Translations under genes and position numbers: made by a program
The notes under the pieces: generated by a model
Seen by the model: the letters and a program-made list of their open reading frames with translations, nothing else
What the model was told of the DNA's origin: nothing
Database searches by the model: none
NCBI RefSeq assembly: GCF_964194025.1
Contig: NC_134474.1
Location: 68,200,001 to 68,264,000 of the forward strand
From: Convolutriloba macropyga
Lineage: Eukaryota
DNA length: 64,000 bases
Direction: 5' to 3'
In this document: positions 50,900 to 63,390 of the stretch, one piece after another
How the letters are laid out: each line of letters opens with the position of its first letter
Position numbering within the stretch: position 1 is the first letter of the stretch

Positions 50900-53665
50900 A
50901 AAGCTGGTTTTTTCCTTTTGTATGTAGTCAGGTCTGAATATGAATCCAGTTTTCTTGCGCTGGTTCTTGCTGCCAACCTATAGCTTTTGCCGCCGAAGGG
51001 CTAGTTCCCCGAGTACAGGATAATGTCAATGGACAGGTGGCCCTTGCGACTTCAATTACTTATCGCTGTAAAAAACTCTTTTGATTCTACTCCCTGACTT
51101 TTCCACTCTCTGACGCTAGTGCTGCTGAAAAATTTTCTTGATGATACTGAAATTATTGTCCTAGCGTTCCACAACACCTCAACCCCAAAGGGCATCTCAT
51201 GCCGTTAAAAGATAATCGATTCCAATCAGTTCCTGAAAAACCTTCCCAAAGACTTACCAATATGGTTCTGCAGCGACTTTAAATTTCATGAGACAAACTG
51301 GGAGACACTAACGAGTTCATATGAACGTGACGAAGATGTGATAGAAATTTTTGAAGAGACACTTTACCTGCAAGTAATAGACACCACGCATGTTAGCAGA
51401 ATATACCAGATGTAAATTTGTGTCACAATTGTAGCTAGTTAGCTGAAAAGGACCGCTCGTTCTGCGAGATAAACGACGGTTTCGATCATAAGGAGATCTA
51501 TCGAAAACTTGAGTACTCAACACCAGAATACAAACCGGTAATGGAAATTCTCAAAAATTTTGGGAGATCCGACTACCTGATAGAGAACGCATACCTGATA
51601 AAGAATTTTTTGCAGCAACGTGCTTTTCTATCATCAACATTATCGAATACGATCTCTATGAGTACTTTGAAAAAATGATCAAGATCTTTATCCCACGACG
51701 AAACAGACATCGCCAAAGTCTTCCAACCTGAATCAAGAGCTAAACGTCCAACTTGATAATGAGATTAACTCCTTCCAAAAAATGACTGACAGGTCAACTA
51801 TTTACTGGAACCGAATCGTAACATAACTAAAAATTTTGGTAACAGAATCCGCAGAAAAGAACTCAAAAGAGAATATCAGAAAAACTGCTGGGCTTAAAAA
51901 ACACGGATAAAACTTTCAAACTTCTAAAAAATTTAGACAAGTCTCAAAATTTACCTAATTTCCTGATCTATTGCAGCAAATAATCAACGAACAACAAATA
52001 ACAATTGAATACGTTAAACAAACTCTTCAATCCGTTTGCTCTTCAACCCTGCGTTCAATTTAACTGACATCAAGACTGAGGAACCAACGTTGACAAACTT
52101 TGAGAAAACTATCCACTCCATAGTTTCATCCGTTGACATATCAAAGATGCGAAAAAAAAGTGACTGCCTTCCGCCTTCTTCCAAAAAACCATTCGAGGCA
52201 TGGTCAAAATCCCGACCAAGAATTTAAAATGTTTGCGCAAAACCCTAGACTGCTGGAAACTGACTGCATCTTCTTCAGTTACAAAAGGCAATTCTTTTCT
52301 TCAGGCAGCAAAAGATGTGTGAACAACTACAGACATATTTCAATGTCAACTATAGAGGTCAAATTTTATCAAGAGGTGCTTATACCTAGAACTTTACAAC
52401 CAAAATTGCTGCCTTCTGACATCAGAACGGTTTTGAAAGAATTCGACAAGGTCACAACCAATATGCTATTGAAAAGGATACATGAAAAAGATATATGAGG
52501 TCGTTGAAGAAAATCCCGACACTTGGATTGTGGCGTTCTACACAGATTACAATAAACCATTAAACGAATCACCTCACTGAAAGTTTTTAGAGAAAGTTGA
52601 AGGCTTAGGTGTAGGGGCGTGTTTACTGGAGATCCTGTTCCACTACCTCTTGGTCCCCCTTCTCTCCTGCATCTTTATTAAAGGCTTGCCGGAAGCCCTC
52701 ATAATCTCAAATGCATTCATTTCTGTTGCTTATTAAAAATAATAGCAACTGGAGAAAAAACATGAGAGGAACAAGAAGACGGGAATGTAACCCAAAAATG
52801 GGTGGAAACAAAAAATTTGATTTTACCATGCAAAAGTGCAATAAAATTATTTTCAGAGGAAATAATAAGTCCTAACGGATGTCCGAATACATAACTCAAC
52901 GACAGTGAAATACCTAGGGATTCATGCGTTGAGTAACCTTACTTGGAAGGAGCACGACAAAAAGAAGCTAAAGAAAGTGAACAAAAAGCTCTACTTGCTT
53001 CGCAAGATTGTTGCAATGAGTGTATAAACGAGGATCAAACTTGGACTCTGAAAAACCTCAATTCTTCCAGTGGTATTGAGCGGTTTCGTTTGCATAATGT
53101 GATCAAGAAATGAGCTGAAAGAACTGGACAAACTCCAGAAGAAATTTGACTAGTTAATCACTGCATTCAGAAAAGTAAGTAATGAAAGCCAAAATTAGAC
53201 TGCTAAATATCCTCCCACTGCCGACATTGCTGCACCAAAATATTCTGTTGCTTCTGTCAAGGAAGAAGAACAAATATTCGAACTTCATTGAGCTGCCGGA
53301 AACTTTGCAAGACAAAAGAAAAAAAGACATCCTTATGCTCGATAAAATTGTACCAAAAAAGATCGCGGAGTGTTTGTCAAAAAATGTCAATTTTTGAATA
53401 GGGTGGACAAATTCCATGAAAATGAGAACGAAACCGGACTAAAAAAATAGGGATAATTTGGTGTTTTGTCAACGAACGGCGTTTTGTTACTCTGAATAGA
53501 ACGTAAGCACCGGGCAATTGTTTTGTGATTGCCATCTCTAGAAATAAGTGAACAAAACTTTAAATTTGATGACTGGCTCTGAAAATCCTGCAACGGAAGT
53601 CGCGAAACCACAACAACCACAACAACAACAACAATAACAATGACAACGACAACAACAGCAACAAG
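50900..53665 (+). mobile_element. Heavily decayed LINE related to 47557-49218, with (AAC)n-like tail
   Basis: APE and RT remnants, RLLNILPLP motif shared with ~48760, tail at 53607-53665; 5' boundary approximate. Confidence 0.75.
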
Positions 53666-54020
53666 AAAACTTTCTCCACATGCACATGTCCATAGTATTT
53701 CTAGCCTCACAGGTTTCCGGCCGCATCTGAGGGCAATGCCATCTCTAAATGTTCCCCGGGTTATATGAATATTATATCCTTTCGACGGGATCGCTCTCAG
53801 TCAGAAATATATCGCTCTTTCATTTGCTAGACTTGGAGAATAAGCCTCAGTTTGATCAAGAAAACGTATCATTTGTGAAACTTTCTTGGGATCCTGTTGC
53901 TGCCTCTCCTTGAATTTTCTTAAGGTGCGTAGTTTTAGTGAGTATGTGTACGTGTGTGTACGGAGGGTGGTTTCAGTGAACCATCTTAGAGGAGGTCCAA
54001 AACGGTTTAAGTGCATCGCA
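53665..54020 (-). mobile_element. CRE-clade retrotransposon fragment (post-RT region); duplicated at 56065-56420
   Basis: AIPSK.YNFHITRGTFRDGIALRCG..P......CACGESF resembles the CRE WL..P....F.L...EFRDA..LRYG...C.CG segment. Confidence 0.65.
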
Positions 54021-55549
54021 TACTATAGTTAGTGGTAAACCGAAAGCCTTTTGTGACAGTTAGAGGGTACGCAAGGTACCACTTCATTGTTCATAAAAAT
54101 GTTGAGTCAGAGAGCTGAGTTTGAACGATTGATCTTTAACTTGAAGAAAGGAAAGTAATTTTTGTCCTAAATTAGACGCCAGCTCCCTGGTGTCAGAGCA
54201 TTAAGTCCCTTGGTCGACTAACACTTCGTTCTAAAGTACACGTACAACCCTCCGGGCGTTACTTTTCCATTCTGTTTTGGGGACCAAAATACAAAAAGAC
54301 CAGACTACAAATCAAAGAAGCAAAAAAATTGTAAGAAAGCCTGTAGAATACTGCAAACTATTCGAAGGGTTGCAAAACCTAAACTCTTAGACAACCATAC
54401 CTATTTCCGAAATATCAAAGAAACAAAAAAGAAGCAATATATAGTGAGAAACTAACATTTTCTAGGTAGGAATGTTCTTGGAAGTGTGGGGTGTAAAAAG
54501 GTTGGCGGAAGGGGCGTAGGTGGGTGACGAAAATGTGGTAGGAGTTACTAGAAAGTAAATGGGTAGTTAGTAGGGCGAGTTTGGTAATGGGGTGCAAGAG
54601 CCCTCTTTTCACGATGCGAGCGCCCTCAAGACAAAGCACTAAGTTCCTCGGGCGACTAACAGTTTGTTATAAAATAATTTTTGTGCCCTCCGGGCGTTTT
54701 CTATTTAATCCTGGATTGCAATCCAAAAATCAAAAATATTGGACGAAAAAATCAGCCAAGCAAAAACTAGCATTAAAAATAATCACTAGAATATCGAAAC
54801 AATTCAAGGAGTCGTGAAATAATAGCACTTAACTACACTGCTCTTTTTCAGAAACAACAAAGAAATATGAGCGAAGCAATATATAATCAGCAGCCATAAA
54901 TTTTATTCAGGAATGTTGTTATAAGTTTATGGTGTCAATAGGTTGGCAGGGGGGCTAGGCGGGTTAAGAGAACTGGAGGGGAGAAGGTTACTACGGTAAC
55001 TATAGTGTAGGTAGTAGAAGGAGTTATTTGTTGTGGAGGATTTTGTAAGGTAGTTGGTCTGTTGGTTGGAGAGTTGGGAGGGAGTTATGTTGAGGATCAG
55101 AATTCTCAAAATTACCATTTCACCTGTGACATTAACGGAAATACTTCAAAGTGTCTGTGAAAATATGCACATTTAAGTTTGTATTACGCTTGTCTGATTT
55201 ATGCTCAAATTTTTATAGAAGAAAAACACCTGCTTCGTAAGGAGTGAACAATTACAAAAAGATCAAACACGGCTGACGTTTAGAACAGGACAATTTTCTT
55301 TGTCACTATTGCTGGGATTCCGTGCTCGTAGTTGAACAAAGAATTTTTCTGTATCTCTCTTCAAATTTGGTCTCAAGTTAACATTGACCAAGAAATTTTG
55401 TATTTGTGATTTGGCTTGTTTGCCACCTGTGATCTTCTTTGACAAATTAAATGCAGAACACATCAACTTGTGGTAGGTATCAATTAGCTTTTGGGAGTCC
55501 CAATTGGCTTCCGGTCAACTTCGATGTAGCAAATTTTTTGAGCAATTGT

Positions 55550-56420
55550 GTTAATCACTGCATTCAGAAAAGTAAGTAATGAAAACCAACATTAGACTGC
55601 TAAATATCCTCCCACTGCCGACATTGCTGCACCAAAATATTCTGTTGCTTCTGTCAAGGAAGAAGAACAAATATTCGAACTCCATTGAGCTGCCGGAAAC
55701 TTTGCAAGACAAAAGAAAAAATGACATCCTTATGCTCGATAAAATTGTACCAAAAAAAGATCGCGGAGAGTTTTTGTCAAAAATTGTCAATTTTTGATTA
55801 GGGTGGACAAATTCCATGAAAATAAGAACGAAACCGGACTAAAAAATAGGGATAATTTGGTGTTTTGTCAACGAACGGCGTTTTGTTACTCTGAATAGAA
55901 CGTAAGCACCGGGCAATTGTTTTGTGATTGCCATCTCTAGAAATAAGTGAACAAAACTTTAAATTTGATGACTGGCTCTGAAAATCCTGCAACGGAAGTC
56001 GCGAAACCACAACAACCACAACAACAACAACAATAACAATGACAACGACAACAACAGCAACAAGAAAACTTTCTCCACATGCACATGTCCATAGTATTTC
56101 TAGCCTCACAGGTTTCCGGCCGCATCTGAGGGCAATGCCATCTCTAAATGTTCCCCGGGTTATATGAAAATTGTATCTTTTCGACGGGATCGCTCTCAAT
56201 CAGAAATATATCCCTCTTTCATTTGCTAGACTTAGAGAATAAGCCTCAGTTTCATCAAGAAAGTGTATCGTTTGTGAAACTTTCTTGGGATCCTGTTGCT
56301 GCCTCTCCTTGAATTTTCTTAAGGTGCGTAGTTTTAGTGAGTATGTGTACGTGTGTGTACGGAGGTTGGTTTCATTGAACCATCTTAGATGGATGTCCAA
56401 AACGGTCTAAATGCACTGCA
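55550..56420 (+). repeat. ~870-bp duplicate of 53150-54020 (LINE 3' end plus CRE fragment junction)
   Basis: Near-identical from gttaatcactgcattcag to gtccaaaacggt. Confidence 0.95.
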
Positions 56421-58092
56421 GATTTTCGGCAATTTAAAATGTGCACGTGAGTGTTTTAAGTATCGTTTCTATATCGGAGGCTAGTGTTCTGCGCAATTGA
56501 AAATCCAGATTGTCTCTATATCACATTGAATGTTCTCTGATGTTGAAAGAATTCTGATCAGAGTCAGACAGAAGTCTGATTGGCAAAAACCTTGTCATTT
56601 AGTGCAAACTATCTATATATTGCTGCTGCATTGCAGACTCTCACAAGTCTTTAAATTTTTTCGGATTGATAACTGGTTGCTGAGGCAAATACCATTGTTA
56701 GTTCTCAGTTTGACATTTTTCGGTTTATTCAATTTTTCAAACTCATCACTTTTTGATGTCTATGATGCTGTTGAGACCGCGTGTTTGTAAAGCTTTTTCT
56801 TCTTCTAGCTGTCAATCTGGAGATTTCAATGACCTCTAAGGGAATAGAGGTCGCTTGGTAACTTCATATTGTCTTCGCATTGCAGAAAACCAATATAAGA
56901 CAATTTTCACTGGTATATTGAAATATTTGTGGCAATGTTTGAATTGCTCGTTGTTCGTGATTTGACTAACCGCCGGCGACATAACAATTCAACATGAATA
57001 ACCAGTATCGCAAAACGTACTCAGTTCTTGAGCTATTTTCTAATCTGATTAGATTTATCTTGTTGTATCAAGTTTCACTGCTTGCCTAGCTGGAGTCGAA
57101 CTGCATAGAGCCCAACTAATTTTTGTTTTCAGGACTCGCGGCGCAGTTTCGCCGTCGCATTTTATGATCTCAGTGTCAACAATGGCCGAAGTTTCTCACA
57201 GGCCACTATTTCAGTATTTACATCGTGTGATCAATGGTTAGTTAAAACTAATAAGGGCGCTTTTCATCCTAGGATTACAAATTGAGAAACCTGACTCCTC
57301 TAGCAACAAAACGAGGACTCAGGGTCAAAAATTCCCAGAGCATTAAGAACTCAGTCAGCTTGATACTTTCAACTTCTTATCTTCCTCATTTTAAATTCAT
57401 TGCTATTGCTGTTGTTATATGTGGCATGCATCCTTCCTTGAGAAATAGCTACTCAGGAGTTTATTGTGTCGTTTTCCTTAGTTGTGGACACGAAAATTCT
57501 GTTTTTGCAGCTTTTCGGCAGCTGAGTTGGTCTCAGGCAAATGAAACGCAATCGATTTTTCTGAAAATCGTGATTTTCATCGTTAATTCAGTTTTATGGG
57601 TTTGAAATTTGCACAAGCCCAAAAAACGTTTGAGCGTAACGTCATTTTGTTTGGTTTGTTGCGGCTTCGGAATTTAATTTATTGAATTGACAAGAATTTT
57701 TGTGCTAATAGATGTTATGAAAATCAGCTTTGGAAACAAACCATATTAAAAAACATTCAAGTTAGCACCTGTATTTGTTGCAACCACTGTTGTTTCGTAT
57801 GAAGGGAAAAACGTCCCAAAATACGGCGAGAACAGAGATTTCCCACCAATTACTGCACTGATTCCAACTACGGAAATTCTGAGGGAAACCCTGGAAACTC
57901 TGCTAATTTGAGTGTGGGCAGTCATTTTTGCAGAGGCACCACTCCAAACTGGCAGGAAAAAAATTGGTGAGTGGTTTTGCTTATTGTGTTCCATTGTAAA
58001 TTGTGAACAGATCCTTTGCAAAATAGTCACGCGAACTGTGGTTCATGTTCCTATTTCGCTGTATTGAGTGCTCTTTCTGCTGAAATTTAATG

Positions 58093-58200
58093 TTTGGGAA
58101 AAATTAATTTTGTTGAACCTTTATCAACAAATTAATTTGGGAAAAATTAATTTTGTTGATTCTTGATTTTTGGGAAAAATTAATTATGTTGATACTTGAT
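58093..58200 (+). repeat. Three copies of tttgggaaaaattaatt(t/a)tgttga
   Basis: Direct repeats visible in the sequence. Confidence 0.8.
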
Positions 58201-58277
58201 TCTTGATTTGAGTTGTAATCATTGAACAATGCGTCTCGCTTGTTATGATTCTATATCTTTGGAGTGTTGGAGAGAAA

Positions 58278-58280
<3 letters not shown>

Positions 58281-58328
<48 letters not shown>
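58281..58328. repeat. (TA)n microsatellite abutting the Polinton end
   Basis: Perfect TA run. Confidence 0.95.
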
Positions 58329-58330
<2 letters not shown>

Positions 58331-61300
58331 TAGTATCGTATATATACAGGAAGATCGGGGGGGGGATCCTTTGGAGATCCGTTCAGCAGAGGGGGATCCC
58401 TGATCCCTTAGGGGAGATCTTTTAAAATAGGAAAGTGGTAATTGCGCTACATGTATTTGTCTGGTGGCTTATTGTTGGTATTGCGCTATTGGAAAGCCAT
58501 TCCAGTTTCAACTTTTCTTGCTTATTTGTGGCAAAACCTAGCAAAGTAGATTTGAATTAAAGCTGAATTTATACGTTACAACATATAGAATAGAATTGTT
58601 ATAGAAACTGTTATAGATAAGAGAATTAAACACGTACAAAAGCGTCAAATTGCATACAAAATAGCGCATTGTTTTGTTAATTAAGAGTCTGATTCTATCG
58701 CTTCATAATCAATAAATGGGTTAAACACTGGACGTTCTTCTTCTATCTAATTTTCATCGGCAATTTCATCAGAACAAATATCAGACTCTGTGATTGCGGC
58801 GGTTCTTACGAAGCCGGGGTCAGGGATTTCAGCGTTGTCAGTATTCGTTTCAACTGTGGTTTCAATTTCCCTCTGGTTTTCAATTTCGTACAACTCTCCA
58901 GACGACCAGGAACTCAACGATTCATTATCGAAATTGTCGTCTTCGTCGAAGAAACGATCGTGCACAATATTTATGTGACCAAACGGCAGCGTATCGATCC
59001 CATTTTCAAGAGTGTATCGTTTATCGTCGAAAGCGTTGAGCGACACTTTATTAATGGTTACTGTATGGAGTTGGTGGATGCTAGAAGCTATTCTATGGTT
59101 TTGCGTGCGGATCAAACGACCAGAGGAGAGCGTTTCTTTGAATCTGTCATGCGTCAGTTGTCGTTGTGCTAATTTTGTGACGCCTTTAGCTGATTTCTTT
59201 TCCCCGCCATCTAAATTAAAATATTGAACATTAGGAACAGTCCCAACTAACAAGCTGTATATTGATACGTGTGAGTGTGATGAAAACTAACTTACCAATT
59301 GCAATTACTGAGTAGAGTTTCGGCTTGAGAGCACAAAATTCTTGAATAGGCACGCTGGCAAACTCGTCCTTAAACTTCAGGACGACATATTCGTTCACTT
59401 TGGAGAAGAGCGGGTGCTGTGGTGGATAATTAGAGAAGTCGAAATGTTGCAAAATATGAATTTTTTGGCGTATATCTTCATAAACGTCTATTGTATTGAT
59501 TCGATATAGCAGTGAATCAGTATCCGAGTAGAGAACTTTGCAATCAAAATTTGGCTTCATCACTGTATAATGGAATTGGAACATGTGTAATTTGGCCAGA
59601 TCAAGTACACATGCCCCTACAATAGTGGGTTTGTTCCAATAAATCCGTTTTTTTGCAGTTTTTTGCAGCCATGCTCTCTCCAAAGATTTTGAACGATTTA
59701 AAATGAAAGTTTTGCGTTCTTTGTAGCACACTTTGAGCATTTCGAACAATAACGACTTGATCACGGTTCCTTTTCGACTCGCACGTTTTTCCGAACGCTG
59801 AATTATTCATGCCCTTATAGAACTTTTTGCCACAAGCAGTACTGGCAGCAATCCGGAGACTGGTATTTAGCTCCATGTAGGGTCGCATCCAGTTCGCTCG
59901 CTCAAACTTTAATGCCCGATGAAGTTTTGTAATTTTGAGCCCCATTGTATTGTAGAATTGGGCAAGCCGATAATGTAGCGTGTAGCGGTTTTTAAACAAC
60001 AGCGTTTGGACGAGTTTTGGCCCAGATGACTTTTCAGGTAAGTGCATCTGTACTTTCAAATTTTTCTGGTAACCGCTCAGCCAAGAATGTTTGATTTTCA
60101 ATTTGGATGGCGCCAGAGGGTAATCTTGATGAGCTTCATGAAATTCGGGTGGATAATCAATATCAACTTCAATTATGTATCCATGCTGTGCCGTTGACGA
60201 AATTTTTAGTACTTCCTCGAGCGTGATGTGTGCATCTAGCGCAAAATCCTTCAAGGGCAAATGATCGTTCTGCATTACGCCGCCGTAGAGGTTATTTGCG
60301 TCTAGCATCAACGCATATGTAGACGGCTTAGAAGCATCATAGTTCGGCAGATGGAAGTTGTTTGCTTGAAAGAGTCGTTGCTCATAGATTGAAGACACTC
60401 CTCCGCGCATCATGTTCACTACAAGTTCAAGTTGTTCTCTCTCGGTTAGCAAATGCAGGTCGGGTTTGCACACCTTGAGGAACGCATCTCCTGATAAATT
60501 TGATGCTCCATAGTACTGTGCGCAATCTAAACCGTACGTGTCATAGCAGATATCTCTGAAAGCCTCAAAGACGCACGCCAAGAGCAAAGTGTCACTGGTT
60601 AGATAAAGGTCGTGGTAGTGGCCGATGTTTTGACAACCAAATTTTGAAAACACTGTTTGAGCATGATTGTAGTCGGTTTCGCTGATAGTGACTTCACCGC
60701 CATGCAATGTATTTTTCCATTCCGATAATGGAGGCAACACTTTTTCTTCAAACACTTGTTCTGATGTGATGTAGGAATAACAGTAAAAACCTTTTTGGCA
60801 GATAAGTTGAAAATCGCTATTGGAGTTAGATTCATACTTAGAGCGTAGAATGTCAAAGCGATTGTCAGGCAGATCAGCTACCAAGGACTCGAGTGATTGG
60901 GGCATGAAGTTAAACGTGTCAATTAACCTTATGTATTCGAAGATGGGTACTTGTTGTCCGGCCTCCGACTCAAAATTTTTAATGAACACTCCAACAGAGA
61001 GTGATATATAGTTTTCGTCCGTAGAAGGTATAACTTCAAACTTCGTTTCTGGCTCACACTCTGCTAGTGCAAGACATATATGATGAATATCATACTTTTT
61101 GATATTATGACCAATCATTGGCGTAAAGTTAGATGTTCTGCGACGAGTGTTACAGAGTTGATGCGCCCACCCTAGAAAATGACCATCGTAGGGACAATGG
61201 TCAAGAACAAGCGCAGCCTCATCGTTTATTTCGTTTTCACAGATCCAACATCTTGTGTTATTTTCACGCGCTGGAACAGGTCCTCGGTAGGGTCCGTAGA

Positions 61301-63100
61301 AAGCTCGTTTTCGGTTGTAGATGTCCCGCGCCAGTACGTGCAAAGATTTTACAAATTCGTTCATACAGTTGTCACCTCTTTTGAGTTCAAAGTAGACAGG
61401 AGTTGCTTTACCGTGTTCTATGGCTGATATTGCATAACCACAAGGTTCATGTTTTTCAATTGCAACTGTGTAGGAAGTAGAGGGTGAGGGTTGTGCTGTA
61501 GCGATTGGAACAAGATAAGATTCTGTGTCAAAGTATAGAACGATAGGAAGAAACCAGCGTGCTTTCCAGTTTCTGAACTGTAGGGAAGTGTTGCTTTCTG
61601 TGGCATAACAATTTCTGCTGCTGCATGTTCACTGCATGTTTTAACATGGTTTTGATAAGTTTCTCTGTTTGTACACAAATGAAAACAATTTCGACAAATA
61701 CGCTGCGCTGCACGGTGCGCTATACCTTTGAAGTATGCGACAAATCGTTCCAGATTCAAGATGAGAACGTAGTGATGGGCATTCTCATCGTGGAGGAGAA
61801 GAAGGTCCATTGTGAAGGATTTGTTTGACTTTTTGGAAACGTAGATCATCACCAAACGTGTTCCCTCGATTCTGTAAACAAAACAGATTCATGAAGACCA
61901 ATACAGTTTTAACATTTTGATTCGTTGAGCGGGATTATTTGAATTTTATTGATATTATTAAAGAAACACGTACCCGAAAACATTGACGCGAACGTCGTTG
62001 GCGTCCTCAAAGTATGGGATCCTGTTTATGGGCATGGGCATCTGATAGTCTCCAACCGGCTGTCGTTCCGCATTCTTGTACGTATCTGGATTCGTCTTTT
62101 CAGTTCCCGATCGACCTTCTGTCAGTAAATTGATTCGATTTTTGATGTGATACGCGGCAACGAAACAATACACGAAGCAGTTGTGATCAAAATGGTTTCG
62201 TATGTTGAGCAATGAACGGCATCCGTTCAGGAAACCAGGTAGAGCTATATATGACGATGCATGCACGGGGGCAAAGGCGGCTATCTTGATTTCCAGTCTG
62301 TTTACTTTGCGTAGAATCCATCCACTGCCTTGTGACGAAAACATGAAGAGAATATTCAACATCTTACTCAACATCTTGAAAAAATCTTTGTTTGAGAGTC
62401 CATCCAAGTACACTGTAGTCATTTCAGAGCTAGCAAAGATTTCGATAGCTTGTTCTTCGTTGTCATTTTCGTTTCTTTCTTTGTACAGATCCAGAGACAC
62501 AACAAACTGAATTTTTTTGGCTGCAGTCGAAACTTCGCTGTTTATAAGGTCCGTTATGATGTCTCTATTGTTCAGCATGAACTCCATGAGATCTTGGTCG
62601 TCCTCCGTTCCATCAATAGTGAAAACTTGAAGTGCTCCTTGAAAGGCGGATTCTGTTGGCCTTCTGCTTGTTTCACTAGTTCTCGAGGGCAGTCCATGTT
62701 GATCTCTTATGTGTGTGGCAAAGCGATCAGCAGAATCAAAGCCAATGTAGCAGTAGAGACAACATTGTACTAACGGATTATGTCGGTTTCCGAAATGTCG
62801 TTCGAGAGTTCGTAGATCTCTTGTAGTGAAATCACAGTGTTCACAGCGGTACACTGGCACTCCAACTTCATCTGGATGCAAGTTCCTTTGGTGACGATTG
62901 CGGTTGGTGCGAAATGTGAATTTTGCGTTACAAAATTTGCACGAGAAACTCATTGTTGAATCAATTTGAAGATAAAATGGTTTTGAGTTCGAGCTAAACC
63001 AAACCTTCAACTCTCTAAAAATAACCAACGTTCTGATTGGTTGAATTTGAAAACATGTTCAAAACGAAATTTCTAGGGACAAAGTTTCTTTCCAATCAGT
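58329..63100 (-). mobile_element. Left end of a Polinton/Maverick (right boundary unknown, may extend past the window)
   Basis: Terminus AGTAGT directly after (TA)n, a GATC-rich subterminal region, then a pPolB gene pointing at the terminus. The partner TIR, integrase and capsid genes are not seen. Confidence 0.75.
58681..62953 (-). pseudogene. Protein-primed family B DNA polymerase (pPolB) with N-terminal C2H2 fingers and an EndoVII-like module; 2 introns, 2 frameshifts, 1 likely premature stop
   Basis: ExoI YFDTES, ExoII GHNIKKYD, ExoIII YLTSDT; Pol motifs RGG, DANNLYG, K.MNNSAFGK, YSDTDS, KLYS. Introns at 61973-61872 and 59295-59211; frameshifts near 61597 and 59665; TAG at 58749-58747. 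Confidence 0.92.
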
Positions 63101-63390
63101 TAACTAAAGGATTACACAAGAGTGAATACCATCATTGCCCAATGTTCACAGCCCTATTAATTAAATTAGGAGATGGATGAAGCTTTAGAAACAACATTTT
63201 TTTTATCCCGTAAGAGGGCGTCTAGCATTTTATGCAAATTTAGTCCTGCTTTATGCAAATTCCATCATTCGCCAGTGAGGGCGTAGATCATGTTTTATGC
63301 AAATCCATTTGCATATATGATTGGTATTCTGGCCAAAGAGGGCTACAATCATGTCTTATGCAAAGTTGAATTAAAATGCAAATACCAATG
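63030..63390. promoter_or_regulatory. Candidate promoter region upstream of pPolB: two CCAAT boxes and an octamer (ATGCAAAT) cluster
   Basis: ctgattgg at ~63033 and ccaatcag at ~63092; ATGCAAAT at 63232, 63253, 63297 and 63376, ATTTGCAT at 63307. Confidence 0.4.

Noticed and set aside
56420-58030. Possible decayed transposase or exons
   Set aside because: Looks coding-like in places, but I could not identify any motif.
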